64,000 nt of DNA, from NCBI RefSeq assembly GCF_000143415.4, contig NW_003314268.1, positions 1,873,243-1,937,242 of the forward strand. Reading direction: 5' to 3'. The position numbers and the translations under genes were made by a program. Position 1 is the stretch's first letter. Every line of letters begins with the position of its first letter. This document shows, piece after piece, positions 12,832 to 25,100 of this stretch. The DNA is from Selaginella moellendorffii. Its lineage: Eukaryota; Plantae; Lycopodiophyta. The notes below the pieces were generated by a model. It worked only from the letters and a program-made list of their open reading frames with translations, had not been told where the DNA came from and ran no database searches.

Positions 12832-14211
12832 TTGTTGTGCATTTATGAACAGGCGAGGAATTGCGTTCTTCTTCCAGCCACTGTCAATGTGGATGCAGAG
12901 AAGGGGGAGGAGCTCACTAGTTGGACTTTCGGGATGGAAGGCGAGGATTTGAGGCTGTACAACACAGATGGTGGGAGAAAAGAATGCATGGGGATCCTCA
13001 TCCAAGTGACAGACACTCCATGCAGTTCCATGCAAGAATATGGACTGGCACTTGTGGTAGAGACAGCGTCCGCCTTCAAAATCCACCTTGCACATCGTAG
13101 CGGCTTCCCGGAGGGGGGCAACGGCTATGAGGAATTCCTAGAGGGAGCTAGGGAGAGGTTGTCCAGGAGGCCCACAATTTCAAAGATGCTGCGGGTCTAT
13201 GAAGATCACATGGAATCCACGGACCTCACCTACGGCGATATTCAAAAACTATATTCCAACATTGAGCCGTTGCGAGTGACTCCAGTTCGCGAAGCGAAGG
13301 GGAAGGGGGTCGATCTGGAAACTACCCCGAAGCAGAAAAGGGTGGTCAAGCTCAAGCCGACGTCCGACTCTCCTGCTCCAAAAAAGAAGCTACCCGGTGA
13401 TGCCATTGCCTCGGGTTCGAACACTACACCCACCAAAAACAAGAGCCGTAAAGAGCAGAAAGAGCAAGAAGAGGCAGCAAAAATCGTCACAGATAATAGT
13501 ACTTGTTACTATTCCAACAAAGTATATACAATCGACGTGAGCCACATTGACATCCAAAGCAAATACAACCACAGGCTTGTATCTGATGAGTGGGTGGAGA
13601 AACTGAAGCAGAAGATGCTGGCAAGTCCAGTAACACCCGACATTGCAGACGTGATCCCCTACTACTGAACAATGAAGGGCGAGACGAGGTTTCCAGACTT
13701 GATCAATAGGAAGGTGTTGGACGATCAGAACATCCGGTTCTATGCCGTCTCCAGGCAGCATTTTAGCTTGGCGATGCAAGAGATAGTTGTGGATATTATG
13801 GTGGGCGAGGAGGTGAAGAAAGTCTTCAAGACAAGAGTTGTCCACCTGATAAAAGGCAACTCGCCCCTCCGATCTATCATATACATCTCCCACACGCAGA
13901 ATGTCAAGCAAGAAACGTGCTACAAATTGGGTTTACACGAGACATTGGCACGAACACGGAAGCTCTGGGTTCAACTGAAGAAGCCACAAAAACCAGGACA
14001 AGGACGTGCACTAGAAACTAGCGCCTGGCAGGTAAGCCTCGTTGCATGTGGCATAGCATGTGGCCTCACGCCATTTCCATTGCAGGAATTCTCGAGTCTT
14101 CTCTCGAAAACACTGAGGGTCAATGACACACTCAGCATCCATAACATTCTACTCGCGACAAAAGTTGTTTTTGACAAATGGGTAGATGTGCTGAGGAGGT
14201 ACCATGACAAT
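12832..14211 (+). pseudogene. Transposon cargo gene, 5' half: basic linker + ParB/sulfiredoxin-like domain
   Basis: VYTIDVSHIDI...NHRLVSDEWVEKLKQKM...RFYAVSRQHFSLAMQEI resembles the ParB N-terminal domain (GxH/R-xx-A box). CGA->TGA stop at 13666. GT-AG intron 14032-14085. Broken at 14211 by inversion. True start codon uncertain. Confidence 0.6.
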
Positions 14212-14427
14212 ATTGGCTCAGTTGCTCCGAGTCTAGATGGAGCCCAAGTCCCCATTCAATCTTTACTTTCCCCTTATTAATAAAACAACTTCGTAGACTT
14301 CCAATAATATGTTGTAACACTTCTAGTATAATGCAAATCCTTTCAAAGAATTGTCTTTTAATATTAATACAATGGCATGGAACCCCATGCCATAATAAGT
14401 TACATTTTTAACTAAATACATGCCATC

Positions 14428-15290
14428 TCAGACTGTTATTTTTTGCCTCCAACGCCTATACAATAATCTTGGAATTTCATCACTCTCCACACTATCAGGA
14501 TTTAAACCCAATAGTAATGCCATCTCTTCTCTAATACATCCACGCTCATGTTCAGTGATCGAAGAACCCATCCAGTTGAGCAGATTATGGAGATGCGGAT
14601 AGTGCTTGGCTAGACAATATACATGCCATAAATGATGACTGGTGTCTGTCCGATCAAATGGCTTCTGATATACCGTTCCATCTGCCATTTGGTTGATTTC
14701 TGCTGCCACCTCCTGGACTGGCCGGTTCTCTATCACCATCGCTCCAAGCCGTTTTGCAAGGTCCCCCAGAACATACGGTTTCTTCTCCCTAGTTTCCATA
14801 CTGCAAGAGATGGGGTGCACTGCATATGTGTGCGTGTTCGCTGCAGTTTTAATCAGCGAGTCATCGATGATGAGGATTTCACTTGACCTAGCAATCCGGT
14901 TCATCACTACAGCCTCTAGCTTGACGAAGATGGGCTTGCTACCCCTCACATGGACCATAGTCAAGCAATCCTCCTACGTTAGGAGAAAGTCAAATGGTAA
15001 TATTACTTGCGTCTGATTGTGCATCATCTGTAGCAACGTTAATGCATTGTGGCGCATCATGGATGTCCAAACTCCCAATTGCAAATTGAACCCAGCCCTC
15101 TGTTTTAAGTGTCGCATGGTCATTATTAGATCCCGCAGTTTCTCCCGTGTGATTAATGTGAATCTGTCTCTTTTGACCAACTTGCGACCGCAGGCTTTGG
15201 AGGGTGCAGTGACATTCGAGGACGAGCCACGCTCATGGGAGAAAAGGACACCGTTCAGATCAATAATGATACAGTACCTTTGCCGTGACT
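14428..15290 (-). pseudogene. FCP1/NIF (HAD superfamily) phosphatase-like domain exon of the cargo gene
   Basis: CIIIDLNGVL, LGVWTSMMRHNA, KPIFVKL and ILIIDDSLIK match the DLNG-type FCP1-homology subfamily. One internal TAG at 14974-14976. Acceptor CATTTCAG at ~15291. Confidence 0.75.
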
Positions 15291-18200
15291 CTGAAATGAA
15301 ATGCGTCAGCATAAAAAATGGTACAAGTCAATTTTACCATCTACAATATTAGCGAATGGTGCTCCCGATGGTCGTTGAGAGGGTTTTGGTCGAGGAAACG
15401 TGAAGGGCGCAAATACTCTCCTCTGCAATGTGGGGTCAATCGCATCCGATGGCGTGTGGGCACATGCCATTTCAGCTGTAGACTCTGGTACAACTGGCTC
15501 AATAGTGGCATGGGGTGGTTCTGATGGCGTGTGATCACACGCCATTTCAGTTGGTGCCTCCGTTGGCAAAGTGGACATGACCGAACAGGCAGCAAGGGCG
15601 GTGTAGGGAGGTTCCAACGGCGCATAGTCAGACGATTGGGCACACGTTGAGTCCGTTGGAAATGAGGATACGACCGGCTCGACGGCTGGGGCGGCCTCAT
15701 GCGGGTCCAATGGCGCCTGGTCACCGTCAGTTGGATACGTGGACAAGATTGACTCAGTGGTATGGGCAGCATCAAGTGGAGCGTGGTCAGCTTGCTTGGC
15801 GTTGATATGGATAGTAGCCTCCACCAGTTCTGATGACTCTTGCAGGCAAGTAGAGTCCACTGGCGGATCCATATGCATGTCCAAATATCTCCCTTCGATT
15901 GAGATGGTATCCTCCCGTGCTACTAAAAACAAACTCATTAGCACATTGAATTGACTATACTGTATTTACCATCAACTGCTATTGAGGAACTAGGACCAAT
16001 ATCACTTGGGTGCACTACTGATTCTAAAGGATTGAACATACGTTTCGACCCTTGCTTGGCACTATCCTTCCTCGACACTAAAGGCTAGAGTTTGTATCTT
16101 AATTCAACTGAATAATCTCTACTTACCATTTGCTCTGCGACCTACATGGACAATGTTAGAAATGGTAAAAGGTTAGGAATGGATGTACTATTATTTACCT
16201 GATGGTTTGTCTTGTATGACCTTCCTCCGCTGCTCTTTGGCCACCTCAGGCTGGCCATCGTCGTCATCATCGTCGTCGTCGTTATTGTGATCGTCACCAT
16301 TGTGAGGACCATCCAAGTCCTCTTCGTCCTCCTCTTCTTCGTCCTCCTCTTCTTTGTCCTCCTCTTCGTCCTTCTGCTCTTCCTGCTCATTATCTTTCTC
16401 TGGCTCCTTATCCCCCTCCTACATTTCTTCCATAGGCTGCTCAGGCTGGATGGCTTGTTCTTCCAGGACCATCTTGGGAAAATCATCTGGCCCAATCTCC
16501 ATCTCAAAATACAAGACATCCATAGCCTGTTTTAGTGCGTGACCTAGGACCATATCCTCACCCGACTGTCTTAACATGGTTTCTGCACGTTCTTGCACCC
16601 TTCGAAGACGACGAGATGAGAAAAACGTGGCCCTGACTTGAAAAGCATCCCTCATCCATTGTACCTCTCCATTGAGATTGGGGAAGGGGAGTCCACCATA
16701 GGAATCTGAGTCAGGAGGTGGTGACTGGCTGCTTTCACTCAGCCCTTGATCTGCAATGAATGGCATGAGCACACACGCCATAACCGTGAGGCATTACCTA
16801 TCATCTTTTCATTGCCCTTCTTCCTTTTCGAATCAAACGCCTCTGATCCCGACGACTGTCCAACGTGCTTTCGCTTTTTATGACCACTGTCAGTTTGAGC
16901 TTGATCTGCAAGAAATGGCATGAGGACCCACGCAATAACCATGACGCTTTACTTCCCGTCCTTGGAGGCTCTGTCGTGCCTTCGGCATCCTCAGGTGCCT
17001 GCTCCTCAATTCCCTTTCGCTTTCGTTTTTTATGCACCCGTTCTACAGAAATAGCATGAGGACATACGCGATAAGCATACAAATGCTTTTACCCTTCCTC
17101 CTCTGCCCTGGTCGGTTGTCCATCTCTTTGTCTACAGCGTCTGAAAGTTGTTTTGTAGGTAGCCTAATTCAAGGTTCACGACATCTCCTTGGCACTTGAA
17201 CTGTATATTATTGCATCAACACATGCAACATCCCATAATATTTTTAAGTTACCTTTCATAAAGTTTTCCATTGGTTCAACTCGTTCCCCTGAAATACAAA
17301 CTTAGATAAGTGCATAGGGCCATATGTCATGATCGTACCTGTTTCGGAACTCTCCTTATCACTCTTCGAGGCCTCCCCCTCCTCCACTGGAGGCACGTTG
17401 TTCCGTTCGATTTCCTCGATGCGATCTGCAAGAACATTAGTTAATTGAGTGGGGCCACACGCCATCAAACCTTCAGGTTCTTGTCGTGAGGTCTGCGCTG
17501 CTTGCCTTAGTCTCTTTGGAATTTGAGCTGCAAGAAGCAATGGCATGAGAATTCACGTATAACAAAAATGATTGGTACCTCTCGTCCGTTGTACTTGGCT
17601 GGTGCTTGCTTGTTTTGCCTTTGAAGAAGTGTCTCCTGCAAGGAATGGCATGAGACCACACGCCATTGCAAATATAATTTGTACCTCCTTTTTTCCTATT
17701 GCTTGTCTGTTTGTCCTTCTTCGATGCGCCACCAGTGCGCTTTTCAGTCCTCGTGTCTGAATATTCACAACGATCTATAATCAAAATGGCGTGAGGCCTC
17801 ACGTGACCTTACCTTGTGCAAGTTGTGAGCTCGGCCCAACATGGGTATCTTCAACAGTAGCTGTTAACACCGTTTCAGCATCTGGGGGTGGCCACACTCC
17901 TGCATACAGAGCTTGTGAGATAACATTTAAACTTAAAGTGCGTACTCACTAGGTTCGCAGAGAAGATACTATTTTTCTTTGGCAACTGTAATTATATGCT
18001 CCATTGAAGTCACCTCTTCAATGGAGTTTGTCACCGCAACACACGGGACACCCTTGAGTAGTGCGGCTTGAAACAATAGTCCGCCGCAGTTGTACTCGAC
18101 AACGCATTTGCCCTTGGAGTCGGAAGCAGGTGACCCACCCACTATTGCGTTGAAGACCCAGTTGAGCATTTCCCATGCTGCACCTGGAGCTTTCTCTGGA

Positions 18201-19150
18201 TTCGAAAGCTCCATAGCCGTCTTCAGTTCCTCAGGCACGGGTAAATTGACCTCCCTCAGATCAATTCGATCGGCCTTGTCGAATGAAGCTGGGAAGTCAC
18301 TCCAGTCCCACTCTGCTGCAGGACCAATAACAAGGGCGAGTGTGAAGATGCGGACATTCGTCGGTATCTTCTTCTTAGCCATTATCCCATGGATCTCCCG
18401 CATCTCTTTGCCTTTCAACCGAGCCTTCACCTCGTTCAAGGCCTTCCAGAACTTGTGATAGGATTCGGAGTCATAGATCATATAGTGGACTGAAGATTCC
18501 ACCTCTACAAGTCCCACCATTAAGTCAATGATGGAGCTGACTTCGTCTGCATGAGTGATCTCCTCGTTTGTGAAGTCCATCACACAAAAGATGTTCTTGA
18601 CCTGCTCATCTCCGCGGGAAACGATGCTCCTCCACCTTTGATCCTCATCTGAATTCACGTATACCCAGTAAGGTTCTCGATAAGCCTCTGCTGCGGGGTT
18701 GAGCTGTTTCTGAAGCCGGCGGTCGACATCCCTCTTAATGAAATTTGGATACTGATCCAACTTCTCAGCTTTACTTTTCGTGGCATCCCGCAGCAGATCG
18801 ATGAACTTGGGGGCCCCCTTCACGTACTTGTCGATGTCTTCATTTGACAACTCCAGCTCTTCCATCATCTCTTGCGTGGTGTCGATCCTCACCCTCTCCA
18901 CGGCCACTTGCTCGAAGATCCAATCCTTCAATAGTGCACGAGCTCTCAGAGTCGTGCACAAGTCCTCGTATGTCATAATATGGCCGGGAGTCATTTTGGT
19001 CTTGTTGAAGACTACCTCACCACGTAGAAGAGCATTAGCCACTGTCAGAAGGTCGTCGTCGTCTAGAGACCGCGAGAAACGCAAGGCGTTGAGCTTCAAA
19101 TCATTGGGCTTCCGGCCGTCCTCCACACCCATTGAGTTTAGCAACTCCCC
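14428..19150 (-). pseudogene. Transposon cargo gene, 3' half (inverted): helical region, degenerate amino-methyltransferase-like fold, spliced disordered exons, FCP1/NIF phosphatase-like domain
   Basis: Copy 3 shows that ...RRYHD joins directly to ELLNSMGVEDG. Downstream GT-AG introns are all phase 1 and keep frame through to the HAD domain. Stops at 17969, ~17170, 16419 and 14974 are explicable as single C->T changes. Confidence 0.65.
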
Positions 19151-19236
19151 ATTGTCGATGGTGGTGCTGAAGATGGTGCTAGTGGAGCTGTAAAGGTTTG
19201 GACCATTCAAGATGTTGTTCATAAGCTACGAGCCCT

Positions 19237-19913
19237 TAACTGAGGTATTTGAGTGTTATCTTCATGAGTTTATGGAGATTTTCTTAGACGATATTCTTGT
19301 TTTCAGCAAGAATATGGAGGAGCATAAGATGCATTTGCGTAAGGTTCTTTTGTTACTCCGTGACAACAGACTTTATGCGAAGAAGAGTAAATATGACTTT
19401 GCAAAGTCAGAGGTGGAATATTTAGGCTATATTATGACATCTAAGGGTGTCAAGATGAATTCAAGGAAGGTGGCTGTGATGGAGAATTGGCCTACACCAA
19501 CTTTAATGGCCGAGTTATGCAACTTTTTTAGTATGGCTAGTTACTATTAATGTTTCCATCATAAGTTTGCAGAGGTTGTTATTCCTTTGACACGGTTGTT
19601 ATGCAAGAACATGCCATTTGAGTAGAAAAAACCACAAGAGGAGAGCTATGTGGTGTTGAAATGATTGTTGAGCAAGGCTCTAGTGCTTCGCATTGCTGAT
19701 CCATTAAAACCTTATAAGGTGACATGCCATGCGAGTGGTTATGCACTCAGAGGAGTTCTCTACAAGAGGGATAACCTATTGCATATGAGAGTCAAACTTT
19801 AAATCCTATAGAACAACGCTATTCCACATATAAGCAAGAGTTACTCTCTATTATTCATGCTTTGCAAATGTGGTGACACTATTTTTATGGTGCAGTGTTT
19901 ATGGTGTTGACAG
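19237..19913 (+). mobile_element. Ty3/gypsy reverse transcriptase-RNase H fragment
   Basis: EVFECYLHEFMEIFLDDILVFSKNMEEHKMHLRKVL...VEYLGY, followed by RNase H motifs (ASGYAL, YESQTL, QELLSIIHAL) with stops. Interrupted by the LTR at 19914. Confidence 0.88.
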
Positions 19914-20517
19914 TGTGAGACACAAAACCCTAAGCTCCAAAGTGGAGCCAAAAGGGTGCCACGTGGGAGTGGCCGAAGCGAAAGCCAAATGAGCGTAACA
20001 CGTTTCAACTAAAAGGCTCCGACTTGAAAATTCGAGAGCGGGAGTGGAACTCCTAATGAAGTGCTCAAGAAACGAGCATGAAGTGAGCAATAAAAGAGTC
20101 TCTAGAAAAAGGACACTAGATGGAGTCTGAAATGGAGTCTGAGATGGACCCGAGATGGAGTCCGAGATGGATCCAAGATGGAGTCCGAGATGGAGTCCGA
20201 GATAGACCCGAGATGGAGTCCGAGATGGACCTGAGATGGAGTCCGAGATGGACCCGAGATGGAGTCCGAGATGGACCTGAGATGGAATCCGAGATGGACC
20301 CAAGATAGAGTTCGAGATGGACCTGAGATGGAGTCTGAGATGGAATCTGAGATGGAGTCCGAGAAGGACCAAGACCGAGACCGGGACCGAGACCGAAACC
20401 GAGACCGGGACCGAGACCGAGACCAAGGCCAAGGCCGAGACCGAGCCCAAAGCCCAAGTCCAAGTCCGAGTCCAAGTCTGAGTCCAAGTTTGAGTTTGAG
20501 AAGGTAAAAGCCCAAAA
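19914..20517. mobile_element. LTR family A, truncated by DNA transposon copy 2
   Basis: TGTGAGACAC start at 19914 and the tandem arrays. Switches to AGCTCTATTTCG at 20518. Confidence 0.85.
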
Positions 20518-22147
20518 AGCTCTATTTCGTTAAAGTGGGATTTATTCAGTAAAATGGGACTAGGTACAAATTTTCAAGTATTTGAAAATGACGTGAAATT
20601 ATATGTTTTTTGTCCAGGGGCTAGACATATCTGGGGCATGGTGACTAGCGCGGTGACTTTGTGTCCAGACTGAGTCCATCTGGTTGTATAATAAATCTCA
20701 TTGTCAAGGTGAACAAGCCGAATCTGAAGCTAAAGAAGAGCGATGGCATGCGCGCACACACTATTTGTTTGTTCATTGAGCATGTGGTGAGCTTTCCAAG
20801 ATGAACGTCATTCCTATTAGCCAGACATATAACTTAATGGTGAGAACATTTAGATATTATTCAATGTTATCTTTTTCTAACGAATCTAATTGTGAAGGTG
20901 TAGCAAGAGGCATTGCTAGTCTGGAGAAGTCATTTAACTCATTTGACCCTTAGTGTATTTTCATGAAACTAAATAACATTCATATTATTAAGGAATTTCT
21001 CTAGTACCTTTTTTTTACGACATAGAGGCTTGCATTTCTTTCAAAGGTGATTTAGTAAAAGGCCTGAGGGCACATGCCATTCTATTTCTCAGACCGGTAT
21101 TAAGATATACTAGTGCAAAGGGAAAAAGGTATTTGGTGATCAAGTAAATGGCATGAGGGCACACGCCATTATAAGCCTAAGCGCTAGTGGACACCTCCTT
21201 TTTGGTACTCTCAGCAGTACTATCATCCTTCTCCGGGTCAGTTGTTTTGCTTTGGATTGTTGTTTTTGACGTTACTGGGGCGTTCTCGATAGTTGTTAAT
21301 GTTGTCGTTTGTTCAGAAAAATGATCACCTGGAGTATAGTACGGGGAGTTTGGAAGACTTATATATTCTACATCTTCACCTATCTCCTTCTCCGTCTCCT
21401 TTTCTGCCTCACTTACAGATTTTGTGCTTGCCATGAGAACGCTCTTCACCCTAAAATATGGAGTTCATTGTGTTATTAAAGGAAACCAACACACACGCTG
21501 CAAGGGAAATATGGTACATAAAGCACGTAAGCCCACAATATGGGTTTATGTGCCATTAATATGGGCCACACGCCATATTATTAGATTTATGCATGTGTGA
21601 TTGGTAAATGCATATGTCACATCATCTTTGTTTTACCTCACACACTATATCAGGCCTAATGAACCATATCACATGTGTGCACATGCTATATATATGGAGA
21701 AGTATTATGCAAGGATAGAAAAATTCAATGCATGATTGTGGAGAGCAATGGCATGAAGCCACATGCTAAATAACATTTTAGAGAAAGAATTAAAATAGAA
21801 ACATGCAAACAGTACTGAGTGGACCAAGACTTAGAAGTGCACAATTGAATGAGGTATTTCTAATAAATATTTCACTCACCTCATATAAGAATGGCTACCA
21901 CTCTCAAATGGCATATCGCATCATGCCATCACCTTGCAATTTGTTATAACAATCCGATGAATTCATATTCGGCTTGTTCACCTTGAACTTTAAGTAAGAT
22001 TTGCTAGAACAACTAAGAATTTATACTTGTTATTTGTATCATCTCACCTAGGAATGGCATAAGGCCACATGCCATCACGCCTCCTCTGATTCAGATTCGG
22101 ATTGTTCACCTTGAAATAAAATACATTAGAAACTTAGTAAAGGAATA

Positions 22148-25100
22148 TTAATGAATCTCACCTTGAACTCGGGTTATGAATGCTCTTGCTGCATCTCTTG
22201 CATGGTCTGGCAAGGTGATGGTGGCACTCTACTTCCGCATCCAACCATGCACAACATTATCCACCGATATGCTCATGCTGGGATCCCTTGGATTCAGCAC
22301 CCATCTCTTTTCTAGGCAATCCTTCGTATATCCGGAACTTGGCTTGAACCACTCCACAGTTACATTGAAGGAGTTAGCTTCCGCGTCCTCCTCTGCATCA
22401 ATGATGCAGCGGCCCACCCATATCATTTGTTTTTTATTACTGGGTCTGACAAACACGACCATTCCTTTGCAGACCTGTACTGGATTGAATGCTGAATCCA
22501 GCTTCTTGTTCCTCGGCCCACAATAGTGATCCTCAACATCGTTATCTGTCACTGCATTTCCAGAGGACATTATTCTGCTACTATCTGGTGCTCTGGGTTC
22601 TGGCCAAAAGGACTCTTCCAATTCTTCATATACAACCGGCCCATTTTGGATAGCAGATATAATCTTCTCCCAGTATTCGAGCAAAGGCTTGCACCTCTTA
22701 AAATAGGATTCTCCACTAAACACCAACCCCCTCTTCCAGAAGGCAATATGCTGTCTAATCCCGGCCACTATACTTTCCTGGTCTTTGAGTCCATCCGGGT
22801 GCATCGGCCGTGGGGAACCCTGAGGAATCATAGGTTCCCCAGTTATGGGATCTCTCTTGAAGAGTTCAATGCCATCCACTGGCAGCCACACTATGTCCCA
22901 TTCTCTCATCTTGTACCCCATCACTGGAGCACCGTCACGCATGCTGAAATGAAACTGAAGAGGCTTGGAGTGGCCAATCAGCATTTCGGATCCGCCCCTG
23001 ATGTAGCCTCTTACAAACCCCTTAAAGTCTGGAACCTCTGTCACAAGTGCAGCTTCAACAGTGCCTTTGATGCAATTTTGGAATTCATCGTAGAGTTGTG
23101 GGAGGGTGAGGACATTGGATTGCCGGAGGGACTCTGCTAGGTGACTGAACATGGCATCGACGTCTTCATGAGTGTGCCCAACCATGAGAAAGCCAAGTGT
23201 AACCGTTTCAAATATGCCTTTGGCAACAAGCATCGCCAAGTACGCGAAGACGTACATGTTTTTGTTCTCACTGCCAGCATTGTCTGTTTGGAGCAGAAGA
23301 TGGGGTGGAAGGCCACATCGGCCGCAAGAACTTCCTTGAGATTCTGCTTCGTTTGGATGAGGCTGTGCATTCACCGGGCGACCAGCCTCGTCGGAATGGC
23401 ATGAGGCCTCACGTGATAACCCTACAATCTGACGGCCAACATATTCACTGGGATGGCATGGGGCCCCACGCGATACTGCAAGCCTTTGCTCCTCCTCCAG
23501 CTGAACCCTGTATGGGGTTCGATCGACAAGGGCCTTATGCAAGGGTTGGCCGTTCAGCTTAGTCTGCGCACTTTGCAGAGACCTTAAGTGTTTTGCTAGG
23601 GACGCAATCATCATGTTTGCACCCCCGCCACCCCATAGAGGTACAAAGAAGTTCCCATAGTTCTGGGCACCATGCCCATGAGCGATTATGCCAAACAGAG
23701 ACACAGGCAGCTGCATGGATGAAGAGATTGCCTTGGGGGCAGGATTGAGTCGAGGTAAGCACGTCTTTTTCTGGTCCATTTTATCGTGGATGATGCAGAG
23801 GTAAGAGTCAGGTCTCTCCATGGAGAGAATCCTGTTATGATAATATGCAGTCCTGCAGCTTCTCTGCTCGATGTTGTGGTCGAGCCGCCTTCTAACCAAC
23901 GTCTCTCACTCTTGAGCGCTGCAAGAATTCTTCGACAAAGCCATTTTGATAGCAGTGCACTCGTCACACTTTGAAAAGCTAGAGTACTTTCCTATACTCA
24001 CATCCCTGAACCTATTGCTCCACAATCTACTAAATCTAGATTGGCTCAGCTTCCTGTAGCCATTACTCTGGAGTTGCCGATTCACATCTTCCAATATGGC
24101 CCCCTTGGTATACATGGAAGGGAGAACTCATTGGGTGTCTCGTGTTCCATCTTCCAAGAGGCGGGTTTTATGTGGTTGCTGCTCGCTATATGTCTCGACA
24201 AACCTCTTGAAGATTGCCTCTCCATATACAACATGACCCTTGGTTTTGTGCGTACCGTCATTCCCATGGACTGCCTGTTGAACCCTTTGTTCCTCGAACT
24301 CAGTTTTGATTCTGTAGAATGTGGTTCGAGGGACTCCATAAATGATTCTCCATGCCTTCATGCAGACCAAACCCCTCTGGAAGACCATGCCCCCCACCTG
24401 ATGTTCTGAAGCATCAACAGATGACCGTAATGCCTCATACACAAAATTGCGAGCTGCCTTCCAGGACAATGTCTTGTATCTTGCTCTCTCCTCTTCAATA
24501 GCATCCTAATCAGCATGTTGACAGCACCTCCTCTTGCAACAAGCAACTGTCGAGACCATTCGAACCTCCATCGCCATTTTCTGCCTTTTCGGTTCGTTGC
24601 TCAGATCCCTTTGGCTGCGCTTTAGGAAGGTGTACTTTCTTTTCCCATGAAGAGATGTTCTGTCATTAGTTGTAGTGGTGTTTGATTGTGAATCCTTCAC
24701 ATTCTCAAACACTAAGTGCCTCAATTTCCACTGCACAATGCTTCCAATAGTCAGACTGTTTTCTTCTGTGTCAACAACCTCTAAAATCGCAACTCCAATA
24801 TCATCCCAGCCCAATTCTTGATTAGCAACTGCATCTCTTGGATCGACAACTGTGGCTAAGCCCTCAGCTACCACCTCCCCCTCAGGGTTGTTTAGAAACA
24901 CCTTTGCTTGAATCCATTTAGCACGGTTCTTAAGATCCACGGAGGGAACATGCATCACACTTGCGCTGTCCCCAACATCTGCTTTCTTCTGAAGATTTTT
25001 CAAGGCAACAACAACATTTACCCCGACAACCATCTCTCCTCGTTCAATAGCGACCACATTCCCATCGAAGACAGTCTCTACTGATACAGCAGCATTGCCT

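Larger units (their letters stand above)
6640..17810. repeat. Dispersed 22-bp imperfect palindrome ATGGCRTG-N6-CAYGCCAT (>20 copies in copy 1)
   Basis: Examples start at 6722, 7482, 7628, 10630, 10700, 10797, 12639, 12716, 12776, 14053, 14372, 15449, 15524, 16760, 16915, 17051, 17540, 17645 and 17786. A perfect 20-bp palindrome TGGCATGAGGCCTCATGCCA lies at 25370-25389 in copy 2. Confidence 0.92.
6185..19236. mobile_element. Large cargo-carrying DNA transposon, copy 1 (>=13 kb; far end missing; internal inversion)
   Basis: The terminus AGCTCTATTTCGTTAAAGTGGGATTTATTCAG is shared exactly with 20518 (+) and 32842 (-). Contains the transposase, cargo gene and palindromic motif throughout. Ends abruptly against gypsy RT near 19237 with no matching inverted terminus. 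Confidence 0.8.

Noticed and set aside
16142-16535. Arg/Lys-rich and hydrophobic 'membrane' ORFs
   Set aside because: They are alternate frames or the antisense strand of the Asp/Glu-rich cargo exon.
6640-17810. Palindromic repeats as a CRISPR array
   Set aside because: Spacing is irregular (tens to thousands of bp), the copies are degenerate, there are no cas genes and the context is eukaryotic.
19151-19222. N-terminus MNNILNGPNL... of ORF 17969-19222, and the start of ORF 19212-19550
   Set aside because: These are chance read-throughs across the inversion breakpoint and the transposon/gypsy junction.
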